From the NCBI RefSeq assembly GCF_018977255.1, contig NW_024704742.1, positions 45,820,001-45,884,000 of the forward strand: a stretch of DNA of 64,000 nucleotides, read 5' to 3'. Numbering within the stretch: the stretch's first letter is position 1; every line of letters begins with the position of its first letter. Under the pieces are notes generated by a model that saw only the letters and a list, made by a program, of their open reading frames with translations, was not told where the DNA came from and made no database searches. Below are positions 51,700 to 64,000 of this stretch, piece after piece. Source of the DNA: Callorhinchus milii. Lineage: Eukaryota. The position numbers were made by a program, and so were the translations under genes.

Positions 51700-52140
51700 A
51701 GTGTAAATCTGACTCAGTTGATAGCACTCTCACCTCTGAGTCAGAAGGTTGTGGATTCAAGCCACACGTTGGGACTTTGAATTCACAAGGTTTAGGCTGA
51801 CTCTCCAATACAGCGCATGGGTTGGAGTTGGAGATGCCGTCCTTTGGGCGAGATGTTAAACTGAGGACCTGTTTGCTTGTTTAGGTGGACATTAAAGATT
51901 CCATCGCACAATTCGAAAAGAGAAGATAGAATCTCCTTGTGTCCTACTCAACAATCCTTTGAATAAAATTGTTATTCTCTTTGTGGCTGTTTGTGAAACA
52001 TTCCTGTACGCAAACTGGCTGCCACATTCTCCTATAAAATACAGTCCATCACACTTTATAGTAACTTCTGTGCAGCACTTTGAGACATCCTCCCAATGAG
52101 AAAGGCACTATATCAAACGCAAGGATTAATATTATTATTG
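51700..52140 (+). mobile_element. Most complete old Deu-domain SINE (different tRNA-like head, full Deu core, L2-type tail)
   Basis: TAGCACTCTCACCTCTGAGTCAGAAGGTTGTGGATTCAAG head; GAGATGTTAAACTGAGG..AGGTGGACATTAAAGATTCCAT core; GCACTTTGAGACATCC..AAAGGCACTATATCAAACGCAAGG tail. Confidence 0.85.
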
Positions 52141-52405
52141 GATTATTATTTTTACAGGAATACATGAAAATTCCTATATCAAATCAACTTCAGTAGATTA
52201 TGTGGGAAATGTAACATTATTGACTGAAGTATACTGGCAAGCACTTTAATCATTTACAGCTGGACTTTACCATGTTGTTTCAAAATATCATACAGATCTA
52301 CGTATTATGCTCTGCTGCATTATGACTACCAGTACAAGGTAGAACAGTAGCTATCAGAAAAGTTTGTTGGGACCAGGATACTGGATTCCTGTGAAGAAAC
52401 AGCTA

Positions 52406-52730
52406 TAATAATCCTTGTGTTTGATATAGCGCCTAATCACGACTTTGAGATATCTCAAAATGCTTCACAGAATATACTGTAAAATGAATTGACTGTTTAT
52501 TTTGTAGGCGAAAAGCGGCAGCTAATTTTGCACAGAAGTGTCCCACAAACAGCCATGGATTGAGTGATCACATTTTTTTTGTGGAGGGATTATTAACCCT
52601 GGAAAAACGAACTGCCAATCGAATAACAACCAAGTGTCTACTTATTGCTAGGTAAACAGAGGCATGTGGAGTAAGGAAGCTTGCCTAAGGTTTCACCCTG
52701 CCCGGGAATCAAACCTGGGTCCTCTTGCTT
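52406..52730 (-). mobile_element. tRNA-headed SINE, intermediate class
   Basis: Same layout as 41729-42068. Confidence 0.85.
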
Positions 52731-55700
52731 GGTACTTTGGAAGAATGAGATCAATTGGGATGAAAGATCTCTTAATTCAAATCTCTCTTGCAATCTTGTT
52801 AATCTCAGGTAAACACAAATTTGTGCTCAATTGGCCTTCACAATTTGGCCTGCACTAAATGTCCTTGAAATTATTTTCCACGTTTATTTGTTCGGAGCAT
52901 TGGAAGCACAATTAACGCACTCACAATTATGAAAACTCATCTTAGCAGTGAAATTTCTGTTACAAGATTTCTGTTTTTGCAGAGCTCTGTGAGATTGGCA
53001 CACAATACATCTTTTGTAAAGTTAATTACTGTTCCTTCATTTGTGTTTTATTCAAAGAAACAATTTATCTTAGCTGTAGGATGTTTCCAAACTGTTAACA
53101 ATAATTGTGAAGAGAGGCTGAGTAGCACAAAGGGAAAAATAAAAGCGTTCTAAATGAAAATGGCCAATCGTAATTTTGTAGTTAATAGTCCACGTTTAGA
53201 AGCCTGAAATTCCATCCAACCTTAGAAAATAGAATTGGCTTAAACTTGGTTCAAATTTACTACAAATTGAAATACATTTAAATTGAATTTAATTTGAAAA
53301 CCTAAATTGTCGAGATAGTAAATGTTATATTTCTGGAATGTGTGACAATACAACATTTATTTAGTTCCCTTCACATGGGTAGTGTCTCGCGTCTCAGAAT
53401 GTAGCGTACTTCCTGTAAAGGACTTTGTGTTGAGATAATAAATGTTACATTTCTGCTACATATGACAGTACTTCCTGTGAAATACTTACAAAAATGCAGA
53501 CTCCTTCCTTCCTATTTCTTGGAGCATATTACTAGGGAGGATAATGGAACTTTGGTACAGTGATTTTTGTTTTTTTCCAAAAATGGTCTGGTTTCACAAG
53601 TTAAGTTGCACTTCCATCTTATTCCCTGTTTTGGATTGAAACAAATGTACCTTTTCCCACATCCTTATATGTGATGTCCACAGACAATCAATGCATGGAA
53701 TTTGACAGCACTTGCAAGTAGAAGTGCCAGATCAGTTGGTGGACATCTTTTGTTTGATGGCAGACAGACAGTTAACTGATTAACTTATTAACTGGTGTTC
53801 AACTTTCCTTAGACATGGAGCGGGATCCCACACTGATGGGATGCTGCATAACTAAAATATATTTTTTATGTCTTTACAGGCTGCTGTTTATTGCATGCCC
53901 CATTACTAAAATTGGGGTCTGAGTAGCATCTGCATGTTTCCATGACTGAGACTCACTAATTGCTTTGTTTGTGTGATGCCTAAACAGGAATTGATTTGGT
54001 CTCTTGGAGTCCTACACATTTTCTGTAGCGATAAAGTAGAACACAACACCACATAATTACAGTTAACTGCTACAGTAAGTCTTGCAAGAACCCCCTTGAT
54101 TCTAGCAGTGGCATACATGATAATTTTATCTGGAAGGCTAAGTATAGCATTATATTGAAAATATTCAACTCTGGGTGGAAGGCAAGGTTTACTTAGAAGC
54201 AACTAAAGCTTGTGACAAAGGAAAGAATGTGATGCTTGGGAACAAAATTAAACTCGTCTTCTCTTTTTTAAGTCGAATTTCCAAAATATTTATTGAAAAC
54301 TTTGAAGATTGTTGTAACCGAGTGAAGAATCATGACTCAGAGCAGCAGGAGTCTGTCCCAGTAGCTGTTCGATGTCAACATCTGCTTCTCTTCCTAAAAA
54401 CTACCATTTCGCATTCTCAAGCTGCAACATCATTTCCACAATGCCATCTCTCTTGCCCAAGGCTGCCAGTTCAGCTCAGTGAGTCACTGCTTCAAGCGTC
54501 AGGTTTGGTATTTCAATTCAGTCAGCTGCCACTTCTCACCAGGCGAGCTGTGACTTCGGTTTTCCCAAGCTGTCACAGCTCATCTCCCAGGTCAGTAATG
54601 TTCCTCCTGATCCAAAGCTTTGCTCTTCTTTCTTCAGCCTTCAACAACAACAACTTGCATTTATATAGCGACAACAATGACAATAGTTTGCATTCATATC
54701 GCGTCCTAAATGCCAGAGGGCTTCTTGGAGAGCTTCATCTTTCTTGATGGTGTAAATCAAGTAATATTCGTTCAAGAAAATTTATTGTCTTGGCCGACCA
54801 TAAGGCTTGGTCACCACTGATGTAGAGGGAATATTTCATCTGCGTCAATACCATTGATTCTCATTTTCTCACTATCTGTCTAGATAGCCCCAAATTATTC
54901 AAAGCTGTGGGTGGATCACTGTTCACTATCTGACATTTTTAAAAGATCTTTAAAAGTTAAAGATTTGGCCTGCAATGAAAACCTTTGCAATTTTGTTGAT
55001 TTAAAAACAACCACGTCAATATTCTGAAAAAAATTGAAAAGGGAAATGATTCTCCTGAGGTTGGCGCAAAGTGGGGGAAGGGATAGCTTGGTGTAAAGTC
55101 CTAAACTTTGTTGTTAAGTATAGCATTTTTAACAACAGATATTAACTGCATCTTCTGTCCTTGTGGTAATTGTCAGCAGTGATAATTATTTGTAGATAGC
55201 TTCTCCACTGCCATCAGAAAAAATGACAACCAGGAGAGTGGGGAGGAGGGGAATGGGGAAACAGGCCAGTGTTTGCTGAATGGAGGCAGTGGCAGGGTAG
55301 AGGTAGGGCAAGACCACAAAGCTATTGGAAAGTAGAACATGAGTCTTGAATGATAGAAAGATGGTAGGATGAGTCAAGTGTGACATCAAAAGGCCAAGGG
55401 ACCTTCTTCATCTTTTCCTTGTGATGGCCCTATCCCTAAATCTTATGTAACTGCAGATTCAGCAGCCATTCCAGCAGCTGAATCGATCAATCTCCATTTG
55501 TAGAATATACCACCTAACGTTTGTTCTGTAAAGATTTCACAGAACTTAGATCTGCTTTGTTAAATTTAATGATCAAGGCTTTGCCTCCTGTTCTCCCGTT
55601 CCCCATTAACGGTCAGTCTACAGCCCGTTTTTATAATAGTGGAGTTTAGTAACAGACAGCATTGTATGTCCCTTCCTTTTGTAGTGAGTTAAGTTATACT

Positions 55701-56827
55701 TTGTAGTTTTGTGTTACTTTATAATTCAATAACATGCTATTGCCGAATTAATCCCGCTTGCTGTGCTCTTTTCTACTCCTGCCATTGAGTTTTGCAGTTG
55801 TTGACATTAAAACCTGCCTCACAATTTGATCCCTGGAATGTCACCGTGGTGATGGCAGGAGTTGATGAAAATAACACTTTCCTTTGAAATCTACGATCAC
55901 AGTTTGTCACCATCTGTCCTCTGACAATTCATTCATTTTTTTCAACTAGCCCTCCTCTACTGTTGTGGTGTTCTCTTGTAATTAACCTCAAGCATAGCTT
56001 CCTTTGGATAGGCTACAAATGCTTCAATTGAACAGCAAGCCAGATGTAAAATAAAGGCAATGTATCTTAGTTGCATTTTATAGTATATTCTTCATGTATT
56101 CTCAAAACTGATATGTAACAAACACAATTTTTAAAATATTTCAAATGATTAACATTAATAATAATTATGTTGATATGGCAGCTTTCACATCAGGGAGTGG
56201 CGATTCCAAAGGCTTAAACAGGATATACTGTAAAGTGTAGTGGTTGTGTATTTTGTGGACAAACACAGCAGCGAATTTGCTCGTAGCACAAATAGTCAAT
56301 TTTACCTGGGGTATTGTTCATCAACACACCAGGAGAAAGTTTCTCTTTTGGGAGACATTACGGAATACAAATTGACTCTGTGTTCAGCTAAAAAATACAC
56401 AATCACTAAACTTCAGAGAATATACTGTGAAGCTCTTTGAGACATCCTTGTGACATGAAAGGTGCTTTATCAATTACAAGTAATATTATTATTTTATTAT
56501 GAAAAACAAAAAAGGTGGTTACCACCCAAATCATATACTGTATTTCATTGTGTCTATACTGTTAATATTTAACCCACAACTTACATATTATTAATGTTTT
56601 AATAATAAATATGTGATATAATAATTATACTTAAGGATTCACATTAAAATTCTGTTTGTGATAACACACACCAATTTATTCTAGGAACAAGAAAAATGAC
56701 AATCAATTCCAGAACAAAGTTAGATACAAACTGCCCTGAAACTATTTGTACCTTCTGCTCATTCACAAAAGAATGCACCTCTGCATTTTTAATGCAATTA
56801 AAAATGGCTCAATTGACTCCTCATCAC

Positions 56828-57260
56828 TCAGTTCAAGATCCCGGTCCTCACCTTCAAAGCCCTCCACGGCCTCACTCCTCCCTACCTCTGCGACCTCCTA
56901 ACCCCCTACCAAACTGTCTGCTCCCTCTGCTCAGTGGGTTCCGGCCTGCTTCACAGCCCCAGTCTTGCCTGCCACACCATTGGCGGGGGGTACTTAAGCC
57001 TCTCCGCCCCGCACCCCCCCGCCCCCTCTGGAACTCCATCCCACAGTCCCTCTACCTCTCCCCCTTCCTTGCCTCCTTCAAGACCCATCTTAAGACCCTC
57101 CTCTTCGACTCTTGCCTTCGGTCATCCTCTTAACCCTACCCTCCCCGCCCTCCACCCCTCCTGATCCCAACCACCAGCTTGGGTGTATATCCCTGACTGT
57201 CCAGCACCTTGGGATGTCCTCCTGACAAGAAAGTCGCTATACAAATGTTATGTGTTGTTG
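56828..57260 (+). mobile_element. 5'-truncated L2 3' fragment
   Basis: QFKI..LTFKALHGL, LWNSIPQSL, FKTHLKTLLF; stem-loop tail. Confidence 0.9.
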
Positions 57261-57339
57261 CAATTACTGTAATCTGCATCTATCTTTCCATTTGCTAATC
57301 TTTTAACAGTGGCCGGACAAAGCTAATTTCAACATAAAG

Positions 57340-57620
57340 TCCTGTAGGGTATTGGTTAGAGCACTTGCCTCACAAGTGAGAGGACCTGGGTTTGATTCCC
57401 GGGCAGGCGCAAAATATTAAGCAAGTTTCCGTACTCTACATGCCTCTGTTTTACCTAGCAGTAAGTAGGAACCCAAGAAAGTACCATTTGGGAAAGGTTA
57501 CTGTGAAGCGCTCTGAGACGCCGTCCGGCGTGGAGGGCGCTATATAAATCCAAGTTGTTGTTGTTGCTATGACTTCCATAAAGATTCCTTAACATATCAA
57601 ATGCAAGGATTATTATTATA
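57340..57620 (+). mobile_element. SINE (intermediate class) 5' part followed by a third-family L2-type tail (57480-57566) and a SINE tail remnant
   Basis: GAGCACTTGCCTCACAAGTGAGAGGACCTGGG head, TTACCTAGCAGTAAGTAGG block, then GAGACGCCGTCCGGCGTGGAGGGCGCT..(TTG)n. Confidence 0.75.
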
Positions 57621-58082
57621 TTATTATAAAAACATTTTCATGCTGTTGTGAATTAGTCTATCCCTAAAAACAATGATACTTTCATTACCGCTTTAGAAAT
57701 TGTTTAACTTATAAAAATAAGCAATTGAAAACACACAACAAAAAGATTGTATTTTTTGGCGATCAGGATATGATAGCCCTAATTGTCTTTTTTTCCCACA
57801 GAATAATTGGCAGAACTTCATTGCTCACAATATAAAGCAACCACAGCACGTCTATGCAATTATTAATGCTTCATGTATGTGTTGTGCTCCACATCGCACA
57901 TTATATTGACTGTGAAAGTTAACTAGCACGTTAGGAATTATTAGGTGCCAAAGCCTATCGGGCTTTTGTGCCTTATGTCGTTTGTTTCAAGATTTCCAAT
58001 GCCATATGTTCCATGGAGCACACACAAAGACATATAAGATTGTGCAAACAGTTATTCAGTCTGGGAGAAAGTGCTATTCTCA

Positions 58083-58855
58083 ACTACAACAAACACAAAA
58101 TTACAATTGTATAGAGCCTTTCACGTCAGGAGGACGTTCCTAAGCACTGGACAATAAGTGTTTTGGACCTGAGCTGGGGGACGGGCTCAGGAAGATTGGA
58201 GGGCAGTGGGGAAGTGGATGACCAAAGACACGGTCGAAGAACAGGGTCTTGAGATGGTTTTGAAGGAGGCAAGGGAGGCGGTGAGGCAGAGAGACTGCAG
58301 GATGGAGTTCCAGAGGGTTGGGGCAAAGTGGCTGAATGCCCGCCTGCCAATCGTGGGGTGAGGCAGGGGACGTGAAGCAGGCTAGATTTCGCTGAGTGGA
58401 GGCAGCAGGCAATTTGGTAGTGGTTAGATAGTAGCAGAGGTAAGGGGGAGCGAAGCCATGCAGGGTTTTGAAAGTGAGGACCAGGATCTTGAACTGTATC
58501 CTCTGTGTGAAAGGAAGCCAGTGGAGTTGCATGAGGAGGAGAGTGATAGGTTTGCGGAGCCTGATGTGAGAGGGCTGTAAAGTTCTGGATGATCTGCAGC
58601 CTATGGAGGGAGGAGTTGGGGAGGCCGACAAGCAGGGAGTTTTACGTAATCAAGCCTCGATGTTATGAATGCATAATGAGTGCATAAGGGTCTCGGAGGC
58701 CTGCAGTGTGAGACAGTGAGATAAATGTTCAGAATGTCATTAGTGACTTTGACCAGGGCTGTTTCCGTGCTGTGGGCAGCATGGAAACCCGATTGGAGGG
58801 GTTCAAAGAGGGAATGTCAGGAGAAGAAAGAGTGAAGCTGGGATGCAAAGCTGGT
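58083..58855 (-). mobile_element. Internally deleted L2 fragment
   Basis: LHWLPFTQRIQFKILV and LKTLFFD; the upstream piece encodes a [20 protein letters not shown] motif. Confidence 0.88.
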
Positions 58856-59175
58856 TAATTACTAAGTATAACTTTTACTTTTAATAACATGTTATCAATA
58901 TAAGTGTTAATACAATACAATGTACATTTATTTTGTGCATTGTAAACATGCAATACTGAAGCTAAACTTGTTGGGGCAGCCCATATGTGGAAACCAATCA
59001 CCATGCTTAAGAGCATCCAAATCAGAGTTTGGGAGAGTTCCACCTATACGTTTTCCTTTATCTGGAACGTACACTATCTCCGTGCTTACCTAATTAATTA
59101 GGTGTAGATTCTTGAGAGCAAAGGCTTGGGGACCACAGAGTTTGTGTTGGAGTACTTCTGGAGGTTAAACCTAGG

Positions 59176-59300
59176 TTGCCATTGAGTGCGTTGTCTGCAA
59201 AGTTCCCACTGTTTGTCCACCTAGGGCCACCTTATCCATTTGTGCTTTGGCTTGCAGGGTTAACAGGAGCCAAGTGGGAAGAATCCCTCTCCCCAGTTCA
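59176..59300. repeat. Second, shorter copy of the 25846-26120 repeat
   Basis: TTGCCATT..TGTCTG..GG.CCACC.TA..CAGGAGCCAAGTGGGAAGAATC. Confidence 0.6.
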
Positions 59301-62300
59301 ACACAGCCTTCTTGACCAAGGTAAAGAAAATTACACTTTCACCTCTTTAATGATGTTGCCTACAACCTAAAACTTATCGAGAATATAAACAACCTCAAGT
59401 GTCTTTGCGGACCCCAACACCTCCACGCTCATTGTTACCACCTCATTAATTAAAGCACCTAAAACATCTTTCCTCAGCATTTCTTACTGAAAAAGCAACC
59501 TCTACCTTCAAAGAACTACTGAAGTTTAATAGTACTGTTTTAGACGAATGCTAACAGCAGTTGCTGTAAGCATGCCATTACTTTCATTGCTAAAATGTTT
59601 GTGGTTAGTCATTGGAGCGTCCATCTCTGTGTATTTTGTATAACTTCTACATATGTGAGTATACATTGTAATGATGACGAATTGTCACGTTGCCATGGTG
59701 TTATTGATATTATTACTCCTTACTGTTAATTTGCCAACATTTTTATACATCTGTAATACATTTCAAAGTTCCATGCCCTTCTTAAGAAGAAAAGACTTTC
59801 ATAGATACATTAAATGAGACTAACGCATGCAAATTCTATTTAGCTGTTACTATTTTTCTTTCTGTTATTTTCACTTATGAAAATGAGAGTAACACTTTAC
59901 TTGGCTCCACCTTAGTTAAGTTTTATTGACACCATGGAACTGTGTGCAACTATTTTGAAGTTTTGCTTAATGTTCAGAGCTATTGTCAGGGCTTGTAACT
60001 TTGGGGTAATGCAATTGTCCAGTGCAAAAGAATATCAAAAGCCCCATAGCTATAAAGATGCGTTTTCCTGGATTGGGTAGATCACACTGTGCTCCACTCT
60101 TGCATGGTACCGCATGACACAGCATTGTTGAGCTTCCCTTTGGTGAGCTGTGCTCCATTTTCTAGATGGGTCAAGGGGAGATGTGTGTCTACCTTAATAA
60201 TATCTGAGCACAACTCAACTCGTGGAAAAAAAAACTACTGACGTTAATTCTACTGGAATTTCAAGGCTTTATTTGGCTTGGTTCGTTGGACTGATCCTCT
60301 AACACTCCACTCGGATTTTAGTTTTTATATCTATGACGTTACATTATAGCCAAAAGAGAATCCTGGCAGCTCACAAGAATGGCAGTAATTAATCTTTAAA
60401 TGGAGTTTCAAAGGATTAGCCTGACACACATTTAAAGACCACAGAATCGGATATTTACAGAACTCTTTTAACAAATCTAAAAGAATTAGACCTGACGAGG
60501 TATATATACTTCCACTACATTATTATCCCACAAGCAACTTACAGTTCTCAGCTATGGTCGATTTTCCAATACTGAGAGGAGCTGAAGCCATTAAATCTTA
60601 TCAATGCAAAATCAAATAGTTATAAGAGCAATAACTATGTCAACATTTGTCTCTTGATTTCAACTTATTCAGGGCAGAACATTAGCAATAAACTATTACC
60701 TCAAATGTCTTAATGGAACAATGTTTTTTTCACTTAACAATTGTTTATAAAGTCTACGTTTATCCAAGCCTGCAACAGTTCCCAAAGCTGTAAGTACTCT
60801 TCTAACACTACTCTGACAAATTTGAAATCAATACTATATTAATTATCATTTATTTCTCTCTTTTGTGTCTCTCTGCTTCTCATCTGTTTAGCTTGGCTTG
60901 TGCTCTCCCTTCTTTTCTTTTTCTCTTTCGTCATATAACAGGTTGATACAACATCCACTGAAGCCTTACCTTTCCATTGTAACAGGCAAGAATTCCTGGT
61001 GCATATGGAAATTGGGAAAGAATCACGATTTCTCCACTTTTAGTGTTAATATTTATGGAAATGTAATGTCGAGGCCATATTAATGAAGACACACACAATG
61101 CCAATAACAAAAGAACCACCTCTTCGTTTTATTCACCAAAAAAGAGTGAAATTTCAAAAATAAAAGAAACATGATGTCATTTTGTTCTTCACTGTAAGAC
61201 TTGAAAAGAAGACATAAATCAAAAATGATTCCATTCACATGGAGAGGTGTATGAAAGTAGGGATTTCATTTTGAAAGAAATCTTCAATTGATTTCTGACA
61301 CATTGACACTCCAGTTTTTTGTTTCACTTTGTCACATCCAAGAAACAACTGAAACGGCTAATATTTTCGTGTCTCATGTTGCTCAAAAGAACTGCAAAGC
61401 CTTTTCATTAGGAGATCAAGCCTCCTATGCAGGTATTTTGCTTTAAGCACCAGTTCTATCTTTTCTTACACCTCCTCAATGACACTAACAGCACTTTCCT
61501 GTTCATTATGACTACTCACTGCATTGTGCACAGTACCTTTCATGTTTTAAATGATACCCAGGGTGTCGTGCATCCCAGTATCCTGGTGTGGTTGACAATA
61601 TTCAAATTTGAGCAGCTGTTGAAGCTGATGAATTCTCAGAGTCACCTGCTCAATTGCAGACTAAAGCTCGGGTCAGGAATGACCAGGATAGCTGACATCA
61701 CCAAAGAATGAGGTGTTCTATGAAGACTCTTTCTGCATTGGTGTTCCTGAACTATTACATGAAATAAAGGTTTCTGTGAAAAGCTTTTTACTTTTATTTT
61801 CAATCGCATTTAAAATTTTATTTCAATAAATCGTTTTGAAGTTGCACTTCAGACAAAAATAACCCTCTGGTCCATACACTGGACTGCAGAGTCTCAATTC
61901 TTAGTCTAAAGACAATCTTGTCTTAAAACCTATGACCACATAGAATTGTGGAAAATTCTTGAATTCTGTCTTAATTCAGAAGTTGTTTTTATAAAGTTTT
62001 TTTTTTTAAATTTCAAAATTACCAATGAATTGACAAATTTCACACAATTCTGCATGATTTTAAGTTTTAAAACAAAATAGTTCTGGATACAATTCGAGGC
62101 CTCTAAGGTCACATTTGGCAACAAAGATCTGACTACCTTTAGCAGTTAAAATACAGTTAGAATACTATCATCATGATGTGATGATGCATTATCTAAAATT
62201 AAAGCTGTTTTTTAAAGCAGTTCTCAAGAACCAAGGAGAGCATGATTGAACTAGATTTCTTCCCAGATTTACAACCCACAGTTCCGTCAAAGCTATTAGA

Positions 62301-62689
62301 CAAATGAGTCATCTGCCGCCGAATCGACTAACATCTATAGATATATGAACAGCGTGCTGATAGCATCCATATACCCGTACAAGTTTAGCCACTCAAATTC
62401 ATTCTAAATTCTAACTTCGAAGTTCAACCATTAGAACAATATGCTTGCATTTAGGAATTTTGTTTCTGTTATGTTTAATTTCCTTGGTAAATACATTGTG
62501 GGGATAAAAACTGATGATCATTAGCAAATCAGTAATAAACCACAAACTGTTTATACACAGACAGTTGCTGAATTCAAATTCTGAACTCTCTCGGTGATTA
62601 ATTATTTTAGTAAGTAATAAATAGCATTGCAACTGTGTTTTCAGGAGTAGCAGCAGGGGTTAGCAGTCTGCTTTGCAACCTGTGCAATC

Positions 62690-63050
62690 ACAAGATCACG
62701 AGATTGGTCTGGAGGATGATGGCCCTTTGACCCATCTGATCTCATCCTTCCAGAACACTCTACAATCCCCTCTCACAGCACAGAGCTGCCCTTTTGCAAA
62801 TGAGTCCAATGTCCTGTCCTCTATCTTTCCTGGCAACCTGTTTCAGTTGTTCATTACCCTCTGAATAAAGAAAAAACATCCTTGTATCTATCCTGAAATT
62901 GCACTTTTACAACTCTAAACCTATGTCTTCTTATTTTACTGTCTTGGTGCATCCTGATGTATTGAGCTGCTTTTATTTTTAAAAGCACATTTAAAATTCT
63001 ATATGGTCTGCTCTGAATCATTTCTCTCAAGATTAAAGAGCCCTAGACAG
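62690..63050 (-). mobile_element. Old CR1-type 3' fragment (similar copy at ~4368-4620)
   Basis: Shared CATCTGATCTCATCC, CCTGAAATTGC..TTTACA.CTCTAAACCTAT.TCTTCTT with 4400-4610. Confidence 0.65.
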
Positions 63051-63057
63051 TCTAATC

Positions 63058-63255
63058 GTAATAATAATAATCCTTGCATTTAATATAGCGCTTCTCATGT
63101 CAACTAGACATCTGAAAGTGCTTCACAAAATATACTGTATAGTGAATTGACTGTATATTTGTGGGCAAAATGCGCAGCCAATTGCGCACAGTACTGTCCC
63201 ACAAACAGTCATGGATTGAAGTGACCAATTTATTATTTTTTTGAGGGATTATCAT
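63058..63255 (-). mobile_element. SINE 3' half
   Basis: (AAT)n-CCTTGCATTT..GCGC..CAATTGCGCACAG..GTCCCACAAACAG. Confidence 0.85.
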
Positions 63256-63504
63256 TACCATTATTGGCAGCCAGGCCTTCAGTCACTCTGCCCCCCACCC
63301 TCTGGAACTCCACCGCACAATTCCTCTGCCTCGCTCCCTCCCTTACCTCCTTCAAGACCATCTCAAGACCCTCCTCTTTAACCATGCTTTCAGTCTTTTG
63401 GGATAATATTTAAATTGAAAGATATAACCCTTGCATTTGTTCTGAGAAAGAAAGATTTTTTTCACTATTTCATTTTCGTTCTCAGAGGCATGTTAGATGA
63501 CACA

Positions 63505-64000
63505 CAACAACAACAACAAGAACAACAAGATTGCATTTATAGAGTGTCCTTCACATCGGGAGGACGTCCCAAAGCGCTGGACAGTTGGGTCAGGACCCGA
63601 GCAGGGGGGAAATGGTCAGGGTGAGGGGAGGGAAGGGAGGGAGCGAGGAGGGGGTAGAGAGTCGAGAGGGGAGCTGAAGGCACGGTCAAAGAGAAAGGTC
63701 TTGAGACCGGCCTTGAAAGAGGAAAGGGAGGAGGCAAGGAGAAGGCACTGGGGGATAGAGTTCCAGAGCCTAGGGACTGAGAGGCTGAAGGCCCGGCCAC
63801 CGATGGTAGGACGGTTGGGGCGGGGGATGTGGAGCAGACCGGAGCCAGAGGAACGGAGGGTACGGGCAGGTAGATAGGGGGATAGTAGGTCGGAGAGGTA
63901 GGAGGGAGCGAGGCCGTGAATGGCCTTGTAGGTGAGGAGGAGGATCTTGAATTTGATCCTCTGGGGGATGGGGAGCCAGTGGAGGCGAGCGAGGGTGGGA
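63505..64000 (-). mobile_element. Young L2 3' end, continues off the right edge
   Basis: Reverse complement of the 3642/9364 subfamily with (AAC)n tail. Confidence 0.93.

Noticed and set aside
54175..54747. 190-aa plus-strand ORF
   Set aside because: No recognisable motifs, non-ATG start, and it runs into an antisense retroposon tail (NNNN from AAC repeats); likely a chance ORF.
60420..60499. LRR-like peptide LTNLKELDLT before GTATAT
   Set aside because: A single short motif with a weak acceptor and donor and no neighbouring LRR exons; compatible with chance.

Overview
This is repeat-dense vertebrate nuclear DNA, intronic or intergenic; I could not identify any host protein-coding exon with confidence. 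The repeat set points to a cartilaginous fish, possibly a holocephalan/chimaera (inference): L2 LINEs with (GTT)n tails, CR1 LINEs, and tRNA-headed SINEs with a Deu-type body and L2-type tail. Main contents: (1) a near full-length CR1 (14805-19080, minus) with a Zn-finger/SGNH-esterase ORF1 and an APE-RT ORF2, interrupted by a young SINE; (2) a decayed Gypsy LTR element (~26185-31498, minus) with 5' LTR, tRNA-Leu PBS, gag, PR, RT, RNase H and an integrase the ORF track misses, split by later insertions; (3) about 15 L2 pieces, including the 5' end of an apparently ORF1-less L2; (4) at least three structural classes of Deu-type SINE; (5) a fragment of a Ginger/Gmr1-like (KRBA2/SCAND3-type) integrase; (6) a Tigger/pogo-like MITE carrying a copy of nearby sequence; (7) a 77-nt near-perfect hairpin. 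The best observations concern retroelement biology: a covarying 3' stem-loop shared by three families, insertions into that same stem-loop, tail-target microhomology, and SINE head swapping. I see no convincing evidence of a wholly new biological system. Family names come from motif recognition, not database searches, and boundaries of old repeats are approximate.
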